A program made the position numbers and the translations under genes. A DNA stretch of 64,000 nt, from positions 2,666,001 to 2,730,000 of the forward strand of contig OZ361259.1 of the NCBI GenBank assembly GCA_977018835.1, given 5' to 3'. Of this stretch, positions 45,659 through 57,996 are shown one piece after another (within the stretch, counting starts at the first letter, position 1; each line of letters starts with the position of its first letter). The DNA comes from Minutocellus sp. GHC0000111. Taxonomy: Eukaryota. Under the pieces are notes generated by a model, which saw only the letters and a list, made by a program, of their open reading frames with translations, ran no database searches and was not told where the DNA came from.

Positions 45659-47197
45659 TCACCGTCCTGACGAGGTATGCATATCTGTTTCAGTCCATAA
45701 ATCTAACCGCTTGCTCAGATTGGCCTTGCCCTCCTCGCAAGCATTCTTCTTCCAGTATGTGGCAGCATCGTTCAATGTGCGCGTTATTAAGCATATCGCA
45801 AACGACTCCCGACGCTGTTGCATCTGATTGAGAGGCTTCTTCTCACCGGCAGGTTTATGCGGCGGTGGAGGAATCTTGTAGTCATATTTGGTCCCAACGT
45901 CCGGCTGTGGCTCGTACAACAATGACTTCTCGCATGTGAGAAAGTCCTTCGGCAATCGTCTCTTGCCAAAAAAGTGTTTGCCGATCATGTAGCGCTGGCA
46001 GTAATGCATGACGCCCGGGAGGGAGCGATCAGTGTTGCGAATGTCGAGACCAAACTGACAGGCGTCCTCAAGCGACAAATCGTCAATTAAATTCCACCCT
46101 TCCCTTTGATTGCCAGTATCACTCATCATCAGCGAGCGGACCATTTGATGTGGCAGCTCCAAATGTGCTGCGGCCATTGAGTAGGCATACATTTCCGCCA
46201 ACAGATGTGGATAAACCTTGTGAACCTTGGGCACATAATCCGTCCATTTCTTGACCAAGGTGTAGAAATCTCGTCCTGTTGCCAGGTACGGAGGTCCAGC
46301 TGGATAGTAATCGGCGGCCTCCTTCTGGGTGAGTTTTCTCGCCGGAGAATCTTCCTCGGAAACTTCAATGGCCTGTCGTTTCCAATCCGCCCCATAACCA
46401 TACTCTTGAGCAAATGGACGACCATGCGTCACCTTTCTATTGCCCATATCGGCCCTGAACAAATGGGCTGGATCTGAGAAATCATCCGTCAATGGCCGTA
46501 GAAGGATGTGATCCGGGTCCAGCAGAATGGCAATGGCATCCTCATTCAGAACCTTGCCTGTCGCCATATCAACTCCCATGCCCTCCCCATGTTCGATCCA
46601 ATGCTGCATTCCAAAGGGCTTGTTGAAGAAATCATATGACTTGCCCGTCTCCTCTCCGTTCTCATCCTTCACGTTGCTAAAGTGCGGCGTCAGGTGGAGT
46701 CGGAACCGAGAGCTCATGGGCTTCACATGCTTGTCGAACCATTCCTGCTCAGCCTTTGCCTCCTCGTCGGTACAACTGGACGCTATTCGAGTGACGTACC
46801 CTGGCTGCTTCACCATCATTGCCGAGTAGAACACCAGATAACTTTGCCATCTCTGATAATCGCCGCAATCGGTCGAAAAGGTGACCTGATACTTGGAATG
46901 GTCTACGTCAGCATCAGCATCAGCATCAGTCCCTGCTCCTGTGGGGCCCGTGGAGTCACCGGGAGTAGCCCCGGCATCCGCCGCCACTTCCAATGCCGGC
47001 ACATCTTGAGTGGACACGACCGCCTGTGCGCCAGCACCAGGAGCGGACGTATTCCTCGAAACGGCGACCAGAGCCGACACGGCAATTAGCGATGCCAGGC
47101 CCACCAGGGAGAGCACTATGGTCAGAGGGTGGCACCGGCAGGTCGACCCGTCGCCGGAGCGCTCCCCCCGTCGGCGCCGTCCTACCTTCTTCGCCAT
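45659..47197 (-). CDS. Peptidyl-serine alpha-galactosyltransferase / hydroxyproline O-arabinosyltransferase-like type II membrane glycosyltransferase
   Basis: Signal anchor; FSTDCGDYQRWQ, VTRIAS, NKPFGMQHW, LLDPDHILLRP, AGPPY, LLAEMYAYSMAAAHLELPH, HYCQRY. Confidence 0.8.
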   Translation of the reverse strand: MAKKVGRRRRGERSGDGSTCRCHPLTIVLSLVGLASLIAVSALVAVSRNTSAPGAGAQAVVSTQDVPALEVAADAGATPGDSTGPTGAGTDADADADVDHSKYQVTFSTDCGDYQRWQSYLVFYSAMMVKQPGYVTRIASSCTDEEAKAEQEWFDKHVKPMSSRFRLHLTPHFSNVKDENGEETGKSYDFFNKPFGMQHWIEHGEGMGVDMATGKVLNEDAIAILLDPDHILLRPLTDDFSDPAHLFRADMGNRKVTHGRPFAQEYGYGADWKRQAIEVSEEDSPARKLTQKEAADYYPAGPPYLATGRDFYTLVKKWTDYVPKVHKVYPHLLAEMYAYSMAAAHLELPHQMVRSLMMSDTGNQREGWNLIDDLSLEDACQFGLDIRNTDRSLPGVMHYCQRYMIGKHFFGKRRLPKDFLTCEKSLLYEPQPDVGTKYDYKIPPPPHKPAGEKKPLNQMQQRRESFAICLITRTLNDAATYWKKNACEEGKANLSKRLDLWTETDMHTSSGR

Positions 47198-47213
47198 GGT
47201 CAAGCAAGCAACG

Positions 47214-47241
47214 GTCAACAGTCAACAGTCAACAGTCAACA
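47214..47241. repeat. (GTCAACA)x4 tandem repeat just upstream of the glycosyltransferase start
   Basis: Read directly from the sequence. Confidence 0.9.
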
Positions 47242-47463
47242 AGTGCTCAAGCAAGGCGCCGTGTGCTGCAAATAATTGACGGCCGGCCAAAAATGTGAGG
47301 CACTAAAAAACGTTGAGGATTTTGTAAACACTAATCCCACCATGTCGGCATGTCGGCTGATCGGCAGGCCGCTGGCCGCTGGGCATGGGGACCAGTATGG
47401 AGCAAGGAGCGGCGGCCCGGCCCTACATGTACAAAGAGCAAGAGCAGGAGCACTGCAGCAGCA

Positions 47464-50400
47464 ATGGCGGAGAATAATGAGGGTTCAAGCACCGAAGAGC
47501 CAACCTCGGCGGCAACAGAGGCGGCGCCGACTGGCACCAAGCCAAGAGGTTCTGCCAAGGCGGTGCGAGTGTGGACGGGGTCGCCAACAGTGGGAGGGGA
47601 CGACGCTGACAACGTTGCCAGCCTACATCGTGCATCGTCTCTGCCCGTTGATTCGACGGTAGCGGCTGGCACTTCATCGTCATCCAGCCTTTTCTATCGC
47701 AATCGAGATATTACCAAGTCGAGCAGATCGATACGCCATGATCTAGAGAATCTGATGGAAGACGAGGAAGACAAAGAAGACGAACTTGAATCTGCCCATG
47801 TTGTAAGGTCAAGGTCGGCACCAACCTTTGAACTTGAGAATCCATCAATAAATGCATCAGCAGGGCCGCCCAGGGTTGGACACCAGCAACAGTCGCCAGT
47901 ACATGAAGCTCAACCTCTACTTGGTGGGTCTGTCACTTCGCATCCGAGATCGAGTTGGGAATCGCGGGATGAGGATCAGCGACTGGCCCGAATTGCTGCG
48001 GCATTTCTCAATGATTATGAGGCAGGACAGGCGCCAACTTTGCCGCCGGATTTGGTGAACATTACAGACCATCACCTTCATTTGCATGCGATCCGCTTTT
48101 CGAAAGTGTGGCGTGTCATTATGGTGTTCGCTACTGGATGTCTCTTCGTTGGTAGCTGCTTTGAAGGAAGCGATGAAGACGAGGCTTGGGAAACGTATGA
48201 CAGGGCATATCTAGCTGAGAGGATACGGCGAAAGCAGACGATTCTTTTATTTTGTACGGTCATACCTGTTCTGGTGTTCGCGCTTGACATATCGATGATG
48301 GCAGTTTTATTCTCCAGAAGAGGGCACACTGAAAGATTAGACACTTTGCTTGGGGCTGAATTGTTGCAGGATGGGAATGGCCAAGCACCCTCTCGGTCAA
48401 CTAAGAACGCAGAGAGGCCCAAGAAGGCGCGAACGTCGCGATCGTTTTGGTGGGCCATGCCAGTTTTACTCTTTCTCGCAGTGCTCTCGGTGGAAACATT
48501 GGTTGTGACACTATCTGGAGCTGTTCTGCAACGTCGTATCTGGTCCAGCCTTGCCAAGCCGATAGTTCTCTTCTATGTGAGCTCCAGAACTCGAAACGCT
48601 CTTGATGCTCTTAATCGAGTCATTCGCGTGGTTTTGAGAGTAATATTGATTGAATTATTTCTCATCTTCACATTTGGGTCGGTCGCAGTCCAGTTGTTCG
48701 GAGATGAATTCGAGTCCTTTGAGGGTCTCCCTGTTTCTTTTTTATCCATGTTTCAATTGTCGACCACCGTTGTAAATCCATCGCTCTGGATGCCAGTGGT
48801 TGCCCAGTATGGCCGTTCATCGTCCATCTTTTTCGTCATATTTCTCGTCACGAGGTAAGCAAAGAAATTGCGACGTCCTTTCGCTTCGAACCCATATTGT
48901 TTGAATTATTACTTTTCTAATTCGAATGTCTCTCGTTCTCTATTATTTTCTTCGTGCACAAAGCGTGTTCTACTTGCATTCGCTTGTGCTCTCTGTCGTC
49001 TTTCAAAGCTACATGGATGGCATGGCAGCAATTCGTGAGCATTCTGCGATAGACAGGGAAAAGAATTTGCAGCTAGCTTACGAAGCGTTGAGTGATCTCG
49101 ACACGGATGAGGAGTTCAGGTCCACGTCGGCGCCCACACACCGCATTCGTGGTGCCCTTGGCCTCCTGAGAGAGCACTACACCGTCACCAAGATGAATGT
49201 ACTGATGCAGACAATAGATCCATTCAATTCGGGTACGATTGATTACAATACTTTCCGCCTGAAAATTCCCAAGGCTCTCAATCTGTCTGTGCACTCAGTC
49301 CGGCCACGGAACTCGCTATCTCATGTTCTTGAGATACTTGCGATCGCGGTTGCATTGGTCAATTTGCTCTACGTTTTCCTGGCATCTTCATCTTATTCAT
49401 CATGGTGGTGGGATGCAACTGTCGTTCCGGTCGGCTTCTTTATCACACTATTGTGTTTGGTTGAATTAGTGACTCGGCTCATTGTTGTGAAAATCTTGCG
49501 TGCGGCAGATGTCGAGACTGGCAAGCCGAATTCCACTTTCGATGGACTTGCATTTGTGGCTGCCATGACCTCGATGGTTGGCCTGGCATTACATGGCACT
49601 ACAGAGTACAAGCGTGCTTTGGATTGTGTCTTCACGGGACGAGCAATTGACATGATCCGGTGTCTGAGATAAAATGAAGAGGCAAGAGGGATCGGTAAGT
49701 GTACCAAGCAAAGCATTGTTACCTATGGTACCTATGTACATCTATCCGCCAACATCTTTCTCTTCAAATTAAGGCATCCCATCCTTTCCCTGCGCCGTGT
49801 AGTGAAGAGAAGTTCGGAGGTTATCCCTGCCCTTTTGGGTCCCATCTTACTCATTATCAGCGCCATGCATATATTTACTTATCTGGGCATGGCCATATGG
49901 GGAGGCAAGGTCGTATGTGGAGCTAATCCTGATCTCACCCCATATTACGACCTGAATAATTTCAACACGTACTTATCAGGAGTCATCACTCTGTTTCAAG
50001 TACTCGTCGTCAACGATTGGCATGCAATCGCATTGGTGTTCATCCTTCCTGCTGGCCACACAGTTACAAATGTGCTTGTCTATCCATTCTTCATCGTCGC
50101 TAATCTCGCATTAACATCGGTACTATTGAATGTCATGATAGCTTTCTTCGTCAATGCGTTTGTCACGAAGGCCACCGACAAACGCATGCTAATCGGAGCT
50201 GATCAAGGTGGCGCCAGGAAATATACTTCTGGCCTTGATAATTCCATACTGTCAAAAGATACAGGTGCTGAAATCAGCTCGGAAGCAGACGCTACCACTG
50301 TCGACCAATCCATTACCACCATTACGATCAGTGAACGCCAAGGCTTTGATAACATACTCAAAACAATTGCCAGAGAAGGTAGCGAGGACGGCGAAGAGAG

Positions 50401-50773
50401 TGCTGCTAGAATAGGTTCTCAAATGTTACAAGCATTCGAAGAGCTTTCGTTGTCTGTTGACAATTCCAGTACAAAGTTCGGTTATCTCGTGTCTTGTCAT
50501 AAGTCGAAGCATCGATATGGTAACCAAAGACTGATGAATCACATTCAGTCCTTCATGGAAGCACGGACCTTGCACCAGATTATTGGCGAAATGTCGATGG
50601 AATTAGCCAATTTGGCAGAAAGTGGTGGTGCTACAAGCTACACTCTTGAACGCGTGTTTCGAGCCCCCGGCGAAAACAAGGCCCTCGAGATCCGAGCGTC
50701 ATTATTGGCTGGATCTACTGTGAGTCTCTTCGTTTCGAGATTAGCTGATGCTCCACCCGATGGAGTCAAATAG
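47464..50773 (+). CDS. Two-pore channel (TPC)-like cation channel; introns 48855..48963 and 49695..49802; in-frame TAA at 49670
   Basis: Pore I SFLSMFQLSTTVVNPSLW; EF-hand-like IDPFNSGTIDYNTF; pore II LNNFNTYLSGVITLFQVLVVNDW; S6 LLNVMIAFFV. Splicing keeps the frame through CLR*NEEARGIVKRS. Confidence 0.8.
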
Positions 50774-50942
50774 ATAGACTTAAAGTGACTGCTACGTAGC
50801 TTCGTGGCGTCTCTAGCAACGTAGCTACGGATAGTCATGGTATCCAAAATATGTTAAGGAATCTACAATAAAAATCCAGCGAATACACGCAAGAAATATC
50901 TCTTTTCGACCGCCCTCTCAGAGTAGCAACGTTCGCATTATT

Positions 50943-53900
50943 CTACCTTCCTCTTGCTCTCTCCCGGCTGAGCTCAAACAAAGTGGTGAGAATTTCGGAG
51001 ACCTGCTTTACGTCCGCGAGGACATCTTGTTGAACAGTATCAAGCTCGAATTTGGCATCGGCCATCTCTTTCCGGTCTTTCTTCAATGATTGCTTTAGCT
51101 CGTTGCGAAGACCCTTTAGCTCCGACTTGAGATTTACCACCTCTGCCCTGACGCCGGCAGCGATGTCTGCTCGGGAGACGACAGCTCGGCTTTGCGCGAA
51201 GATGAATTCTCTAATCTGAGGTGGCCACAACCATCCCGCTGTCACCAAGCCAAGTACAAGCCACAATGGGATTATGATGAAACCGGCAAGCAATCGAAGG
51301 GATGAATAAATGAAGAAATCAATGCTCAGAGGCGATACATCATTATCCTTGAAGAGATTTGGGTCGAAAAATGACATTATGGAAGCCCAACCACTCCGAA
51401 ACGGTGTCGGTGGGCCTTGCTTATTTTCATCCGTTGCTGTTGTTTGGTCTTCTCTGGTCCCTCCACGCCAGGTCCCGGCCGTTTCGCCATCGCCCGAAGG
51501 GCCGTGAACGGAAAGAGATGGTATCGGACGTGCCGATCCACAGGTTATGATTAGATTGACTGCGTTTACAATGGCGTCCATCTCAGCCACGAAATCCAAT
51601 CTATTTGACAAAAAGACCACAGCAGCTCGTTCGTTCTTGATGACACCATAACTATCCGTAACAATGGCAATCAGAACGTTTGCCAGTAAAATGACGACAA
51701 GAAATGCGTAGAGGACGTAAAGAATTTGGGCGACCAAGCTTTCCGAGTACCACCTCGTTGCGTCGCCGATTTCGCCAAGAATCCTGAGTAGGTTGTAAAT
51801 GGCGAGGATGGAAAGTTATGATACACAAACGTGAGAACTCAATTAGTCTGGAATGCCGAAGACCCACTTCACATAATACATTGATGCAGCACTCACATGG
51901 TATATGTTTTCAGAAGAGACCTTCCGAAAGTACAGTGGGGATTATCGTATTCCCAATGGTCCATCAGCTCGCCCGATGTCGAGTTCCTTGGACAAAGGGG
52001 TGTGAGAGCGAAGACATAATAAAAGCTCTGCGCAAAAGCGAACAGAATGACTCCCAAACTGACCATAAATGCAATCAGACGCCTCACGACAAATGTAACA
52101 CCGCCGACAAATACAGCAAAATCGACGAGGGTGCTCTTGAGATAGATAATGACGGCAACCCACAACACACCCTGAGTTGCAGCGACTCCACCCCGGAAAA
52201 ATTCGTCGGATATTCCCAAATTTGGAGCGGTCATGAGGACTCCATAGTAAAAGACGAGGAAGATGACCATCATGTCGGGCCAGTTGGAAACGTCGAACAG
52301 CCATTTCTTAAAGGTTCCCAGAGCCGTCATGGAAATCACCTGGGCCATTTCGCGCGCAAAAAAATACGCACCCCCGACAAATTGTAGATACAACGGTATT
52401 TCTGATGGGATGGCAACCCCATCGAAGCGGTGGTCAATATGCCACTTTGAATTGAGAGAAAATACCACGATCAGAAGCAGATGCATATAGCCATCCATCA
52501 AAAGGATGGAAGTGGGAAATCGTTGGACGATGCGATCATTCAACACTGTGTGAAGATGACGAGAGGACACGGCCTTGTCGCGTAGCCATTCCGGCAGGGA
52601 TTGAACCGCGCTTAAGAAGTCTGCCGTCGGAGTCGGTTTGGCTTCCAAGTAGTGATCCAAACAATCGGCGGCATTTTTCCGAGCGTCGGGTTTGTCATGT
52701 CCCAGCTTGGCGATCATGGCCAGGAGCGAAATGGGCAAATACCCGGACTCGTCGCTCATATTGATGACCTCTCGGGGACAATGTTCCAGGAGGTATTTGA
52801 CGACGCTCGGACTAGCACTTCGATGAGCATTCACCATGGCCAAGTGCAACGCCGTTCTTCCCTTACGCTCTCTAGCAGAAGTGGATTGTGGTTCTTGGTT
52901 GATCAGGACCTCGAGAACTGCCGTTGTAGTGCCATAGGCGCATGCTGTAGGGATGAAACGAAGACCCAGAATGATGTTAAAAGAATGTGGAGATAAACAC
53001 TCTGCTGCATCATCCATTTCTACCTGAGGATCGACCATATAGACAATACATGTATGTACAACCTCACAACTTACCGTAGTGCAACGGGATCATCCCATTC
53101 TCGTCGGGCAATCTCGCGGCGCCAGTATCTCCCAACAAGGCCACGATCTCTGCCATCTCATCTTCACCGTTGTCGTCGCTTTTGCTCTCATCCCCAAACA
53201 ATACCCGGTTGCTACCAATTATCCCACCTTTACTGGCAGCACCTCCTCTACCTCCCTTCCCCCCCTTGACCTGACTTCGAAAGAAGGCAAAATGAAGCGG
53301 GGTTCGAAGCCGCTTGTCCTGCGTCACCTTGCCACCTGGATATGCCCCGCAGAGCAGCTCCAGTACTTCCAACGAGGCACCATTGGCGACACTGTGATGG
53401 AGTGGGATCCAGCCATTGCTGTCCTGCCAGCTGGCCACCTCCTTCTCGCATGCGATGATCCCCTCCTCCACATCGACGGGTGGGTCGGGCAGCTTGCACA
53501 GCAGATGCAGCGCCGTGGTGCTGAACTGGCCCAGATGCGTCGCGGCCACACTCCGTTCCTCATCGGCCGGGTGGGCCGTCAGCCACTCTCGCAGCGCCTC
53601 CCACGTCTGCTCGAGCTGCGATTCCCTCACCGATCGCTGCTTGGGCGTCATCTCCGCCATGGGCGGATCGTCCGGCCCGGGCAAAGCCGATTCGCAGATG
53701 GCATACAATCGCGTCACGTCGCTGGCCCCCACATCGTCCGTCCGAATTGTGCTGGCGCCCAGCGTCGCGACGCCGTACGTTTGGTCGTCGTCGTTGTAGG
53801 CGTGATGCTCGTACGTTGCCTCGACGTCGGCGGCGGCCGCCAGGTCCTCGGCCTGGGAGATCCTCCGGACCGACGCCGCGCGGTGGCCGCCCAGTTGCCG

Positions 53901-54083
53901 AGAGCTGGGTGATCCGGTGCCGTTCGCAGGCCTATCTGCGCCGGCGCCATTTGCTGCTGCTTGACGACGGCTGCTCATCTGCTGCTGTCTACCAGCGGGA
54001 CCGCCGCGACCTCGACCGCCGACGCCGCCACCTCGGCCACGACCTCGGCCACCGCGACCACCAGAGCCGCGGGGGGAAGACAT
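50943..54083 (-). CDS. Ankyrin-repeat + 6TM TRP-like channel, paralogue A; introns 52945..53074 and 51784..51896
   Basis: Ankyrin-like TALHLLC, WIPLHH, RTPLHF, MIPLHY|ACAYG, GRTALHLA; TM region; pore KTYTM|ILGEIG; S6 VILLANVLIAIVTDSY; C-terminal coiled coil. Confidence 0.85.
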
Positions 54084-54346
54084 GGTTCGATCAACAGGAG
54101 TGAGGCCGAGGAGTTGAGTTGCTTCGAGTGGGGGGTTGCTTGCTTTGCTTGGGTTGGGATCTGACCCCGTTCATCTGTTCCCGCGGAAATATTTATGCCC
54201 TCTTAGTTGCGCGCCCGCGCTCTGCTCTGTGAAGATACGGAACCGAACCGACACATCATGTGTCATGGTTGGTTCTGCACCCAGTTAAGTGTTGACTCGA
54301 CTCCCTGAACCACAAGACGACTTTATCCAAGGCAATAATAACTGCA

Positions 54347-57300
54347 ATGCCAGCCAGTAACGGCGAAGGCGCCGGAGCCGGAGCACCGGCGGCGGCGGCC
54401 CCGAAGCGACATCGAGCTCGCCTACCGCCGGCCCGCAGCTCAGCCGGACGGGGTAATGGTAGCAGCGGCAATGGCAGCAGTGGCCGATCTCCGGCTGGAA
54501 GAGGACGTGGTACTGCTGGGGCTGGGGCTGGTCGAAGGCCCGCTGGCACCGGTGCCAATGGAGGTGGCGGTAGCCAGAGCCGGTCGACGGGCACAGGCAG
54601 CGCCAGCGGGAGCAGCTCTACGCTCGGTTCGGCGGCCCTCAGAGAGAGTTCGGTCGGCGGCACAAGCGGTACCAGTGCCGGCACAAACAGCAGCCCTAGG
54701 ACGCAGCAGACCAACAGATCTCCCAACAGACAGCAGTCGCAGACGAGACGTCCTGGTCCCGGCCGAGGCGGTGGTCGAGGCAACGGAGGAGGTGGAAGAT
54801 CGAGCGTCCGAGGAGGTGGTGGGGGCAGAGGAGGACGGTCGTCTCCCACTCGTGGTCCGTCGCGTCGTCCTGGTCCTCCTGGGAGTGGACCGTCAGTCCG
54901 AGGCAGTGGCAATCGCAGCATGCATGGCAGTAGAAGTAGTCACGGCCACAATGGCTCCGTTTCGGCCCTTCGCGACCCTATCGCTCTGTACCGATTGCTG
55001 GAATCTGGGTTGGACAAGGGCAAGGGCACTGCTGGCGGTAATGGAGGAGGAGGAGGGAATCAACAGCAAGGCGAGGCGGAACAGGAGGCCAAGCCCATGA
55101 CTCGATTGGAGGAGATCCGGAGGGCCGAACGACTGGACAAAATGTACGATGCCGTTCGAGAGTGGCTCCGTTCCAACAGCAGCAATCCGGCCAACATGCC
55201 GTCGTCGCCAACAGCTGCAGCACCACCTCCGCCCGCCGATCCAGCTCTCAAGCGTGCGGCAGCAACGCATTTGGGAATGTTTAGTATGACTCCCCTGCAT
55301 TTGCTGTGCAAACTCCCCAACCCACCCGTGGATATTGTCGCTGATCTCATCGAGACGGCTCCCGAAACTCTGCAGTGGGCCGAATCGTCGGGCTGGTTGC
55401 CAATACACCTTGCCGTGGCATCCGGTGCGAGTCTGGCTGTGCTGGAAATGCTCTGTGATGCCCATCCCGATGGCAAGATTGCACAGGATCGACGACTTCG
55501 AACACCGCTCCATTTTGGTAAGTCCGAGTTGGGGAGAGAATTTGGTGCACAAATAAATACAGTACTGCCCGCTCTACAGACGTTTCTTACCCGAAATTTA
55601 TTTTCCTCCCTGCTCTTGTATGTGTTCCATTTTCTATCTATTCTCTGTATCATTCCTCAGCCTTCTTTAGGGACGACGTCCGAGCATCAAAGGAAGGTAT
55701 GAACAAGGCTCTTCTTGGCAGTGACTTTGATGTTACTGAACGCGGGTACGATTCCGGCTGGGACGACCTCGACGTTGGGACTGGCGATGATGCCGACATT
55801 GTTGACCTACTGAGCGATTCCGGTGCGGCTTTGCAACACGACGAGAATGGGATGCTCCCGCTGCATTATGCAGCTGCCTACGGTACGAGCACAGGTGTGC
55901 TTGGTGCTCTCTTTGAAGCCTATCCCAACTCGATCCGGGCACGAGAGCGAAATGGACGAACCCCACTCCATTTGGCCATGGTGAATGCCCATCGACCAGC
56001 ATCTCCGGCGGTCATTCGATTTCTCCTTAGTATTCCTGATACCGATGTGGTCAATATGAAAGACAAGGAAGGAAACCTGCCACTTCATTTGTTGGCCAAT
56101 GTCGCCGCTCGAATTCGGTCGGATCAAAAAGAAGTATGTGCTAATGCTACCGAGTCTCTCAAGCTCTACCTGGCCGCTGGACCAAAGGCATCATCTGAAT
56201 TCCTGACCGCTGTGCAACGATTGCCGAGCTGGCTTCAAGATCATGCCGTTGTTTCGCCTCACGTGCAGAGCGTGCTGAACGTCAAAATCGCCAAGAGATT
56301 TCCCACGTCTATTCTCCTCCTTGATGGTTATGTCCTAATTATGCTGATCGTATGCTTTGAGATTGCGTCGAATTACACCATCGATGTGAGATTTCAGGAG
56401 GAGGGAGATCCTCCAGTGGAGCCATTCCGTGGTCCAGGTTTCGCTTACGCAGTCATTGCAGGGGGTGGATATTTCTTTGTGCGGGAAGTGATCCAAGCGT
56501 TTGCCTTATTGAACATTGGCAGCTTCAAGAGCTGGATTTTTAGTCCATCGAATTGGCTCGACCTTTTCATGATGGCCCTAGTCCTCACAATGGGAGCGGC
56601 AATGATCAACATTGAGATTATGTCACGAGAAATGTTCCGGAATTTGGCAGCTCTTGCCAAGGGCGTGTTATGGGTTTCCTTCATTCTCTACGGTAAGTGC
56701 ATGTTGCACCACGCACTTATCATCGCCTCGTTGTTTTATTCCTTGTTATTGTTGATGGCAAGCGCTCTCACATACATGACTACACGGCTAATCCAATCCA
56801 CCCTTTTTCGTATTTCATTGTTAATCTTCCATTCTCCTCTCTCAATCATTTCAATTCTTCATTTTCACAGTCAAGAGCACCCTCGTAGATTTCGCAGTCT
56901 TGGTCGGTGGTGTGCAATATGTTTTGCGACGCCTCGCTGCATTCTTAGTGGTCTTGAGTTGTATCTTGGTCGCTTTTGGATTCATGTTTTACTACGTCTT
57001 CCTCGCAACGCCGTTTTGCGTCAAAGACGAGGAGCAAGGCTTTGCCTTCCCGCATTGTACGATCAGCGATAGCTTACTCCGAGTTTACACCATGATGATG
57101 GGCGAAGTTGACGACACGGTCTACCAGACAACTGTATCGCAAGCGTTGTATATCCTCTACGCCTTCCTCGTTATCATTCTGCTATCGAATGTGCTTATTG
57201 CCATCGTTACAGATAGTTATGGAATCATCAAGAACGAACGTGCGGCAATGGTGTTTTGGAGCAATCGACTGAACTTCATCGCTGAGGTTGATGCAATTGC

Positions 57301-57996
57301 CACTGTCCGAAAGCAACTACTTGGCGAAGGATATCTCTGCCCCCGTCCCTGGTCAACAGATGTCGATGCCACCGGAGACGAGGTCGAAGGCAAGAGCAAA
57401 AGCAAGAAGGTATTCCGCGACCTGTGGAATACCCTGACCGGTCTCTTCAAGGAAAACCCATACGAATACATGGATGTTTCACCAGGTTCATTCGACTTTT
57501 GGTGCTATCTCCTCCTTCGGATCGTTGCCATTTTCATCATTCCTGTATGGCTTATCTTGGGCTTGGTAACGGCGGGATGGCTGTGGCCCCCACAGGTTAG
57601 AGAACTCTTGCTTTGCCAGACCAATGTTAGAATATCTAGAGCTGACATTGCAATCAAAGCAAAGAAAGAAATAAGCAAGCTTCGTCATGAATTGCGGAAT
57701 CTCAAAAGAGAAGTATTACACGAGAAGAAGGTAAGCGAAATGCCCGTTATGCACTGCCCTATAATTTCGTTTCATGTTATCCTGTCTCTCCATCTGAATT
57801 GCGAATCAACTACAAACTAATTGGGCGTGTCTATTGTTATTTGAAATGTGGTAACACCCAGTTTGAAAAGAGAGAAGTAATCAAAATGAAATCCGACGTC
57901 GAGGAGTTGCAGTCCTCCGTGCTCTCCGACTTGACACAAATCCGAGAGATTATGACAACACTCCTCGAGCTTGAAAGAGAGAAGGCTCAGAGGTAG
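54347..57996 (+). CDS. Ankyrin-repeat + 6TM TRP-like channel, paralogue B; introns 55518..55660, 56693..56870 and 57731..57861
   Basis: Same motifs as paralogue A (TPLHLLCKLP, QDRRLRTPLHF, MLPLHYAAAYG, KSTLVDFAV, YTMMMGEV, LSNVLIAIVTDSYG, VTAGWLWPPQ). All three GT-AG introns splice in frame. Confidence 0.85.

Noticed and set aside
332..49672. Stop-codon reassignment (alternative genetic code) as the explanation for in-frame stops
   Set aside because: The three internal stops are one each of TAG, TGA and TAA. All three also end intact genes in this window, and frameshifts co-occur with them.
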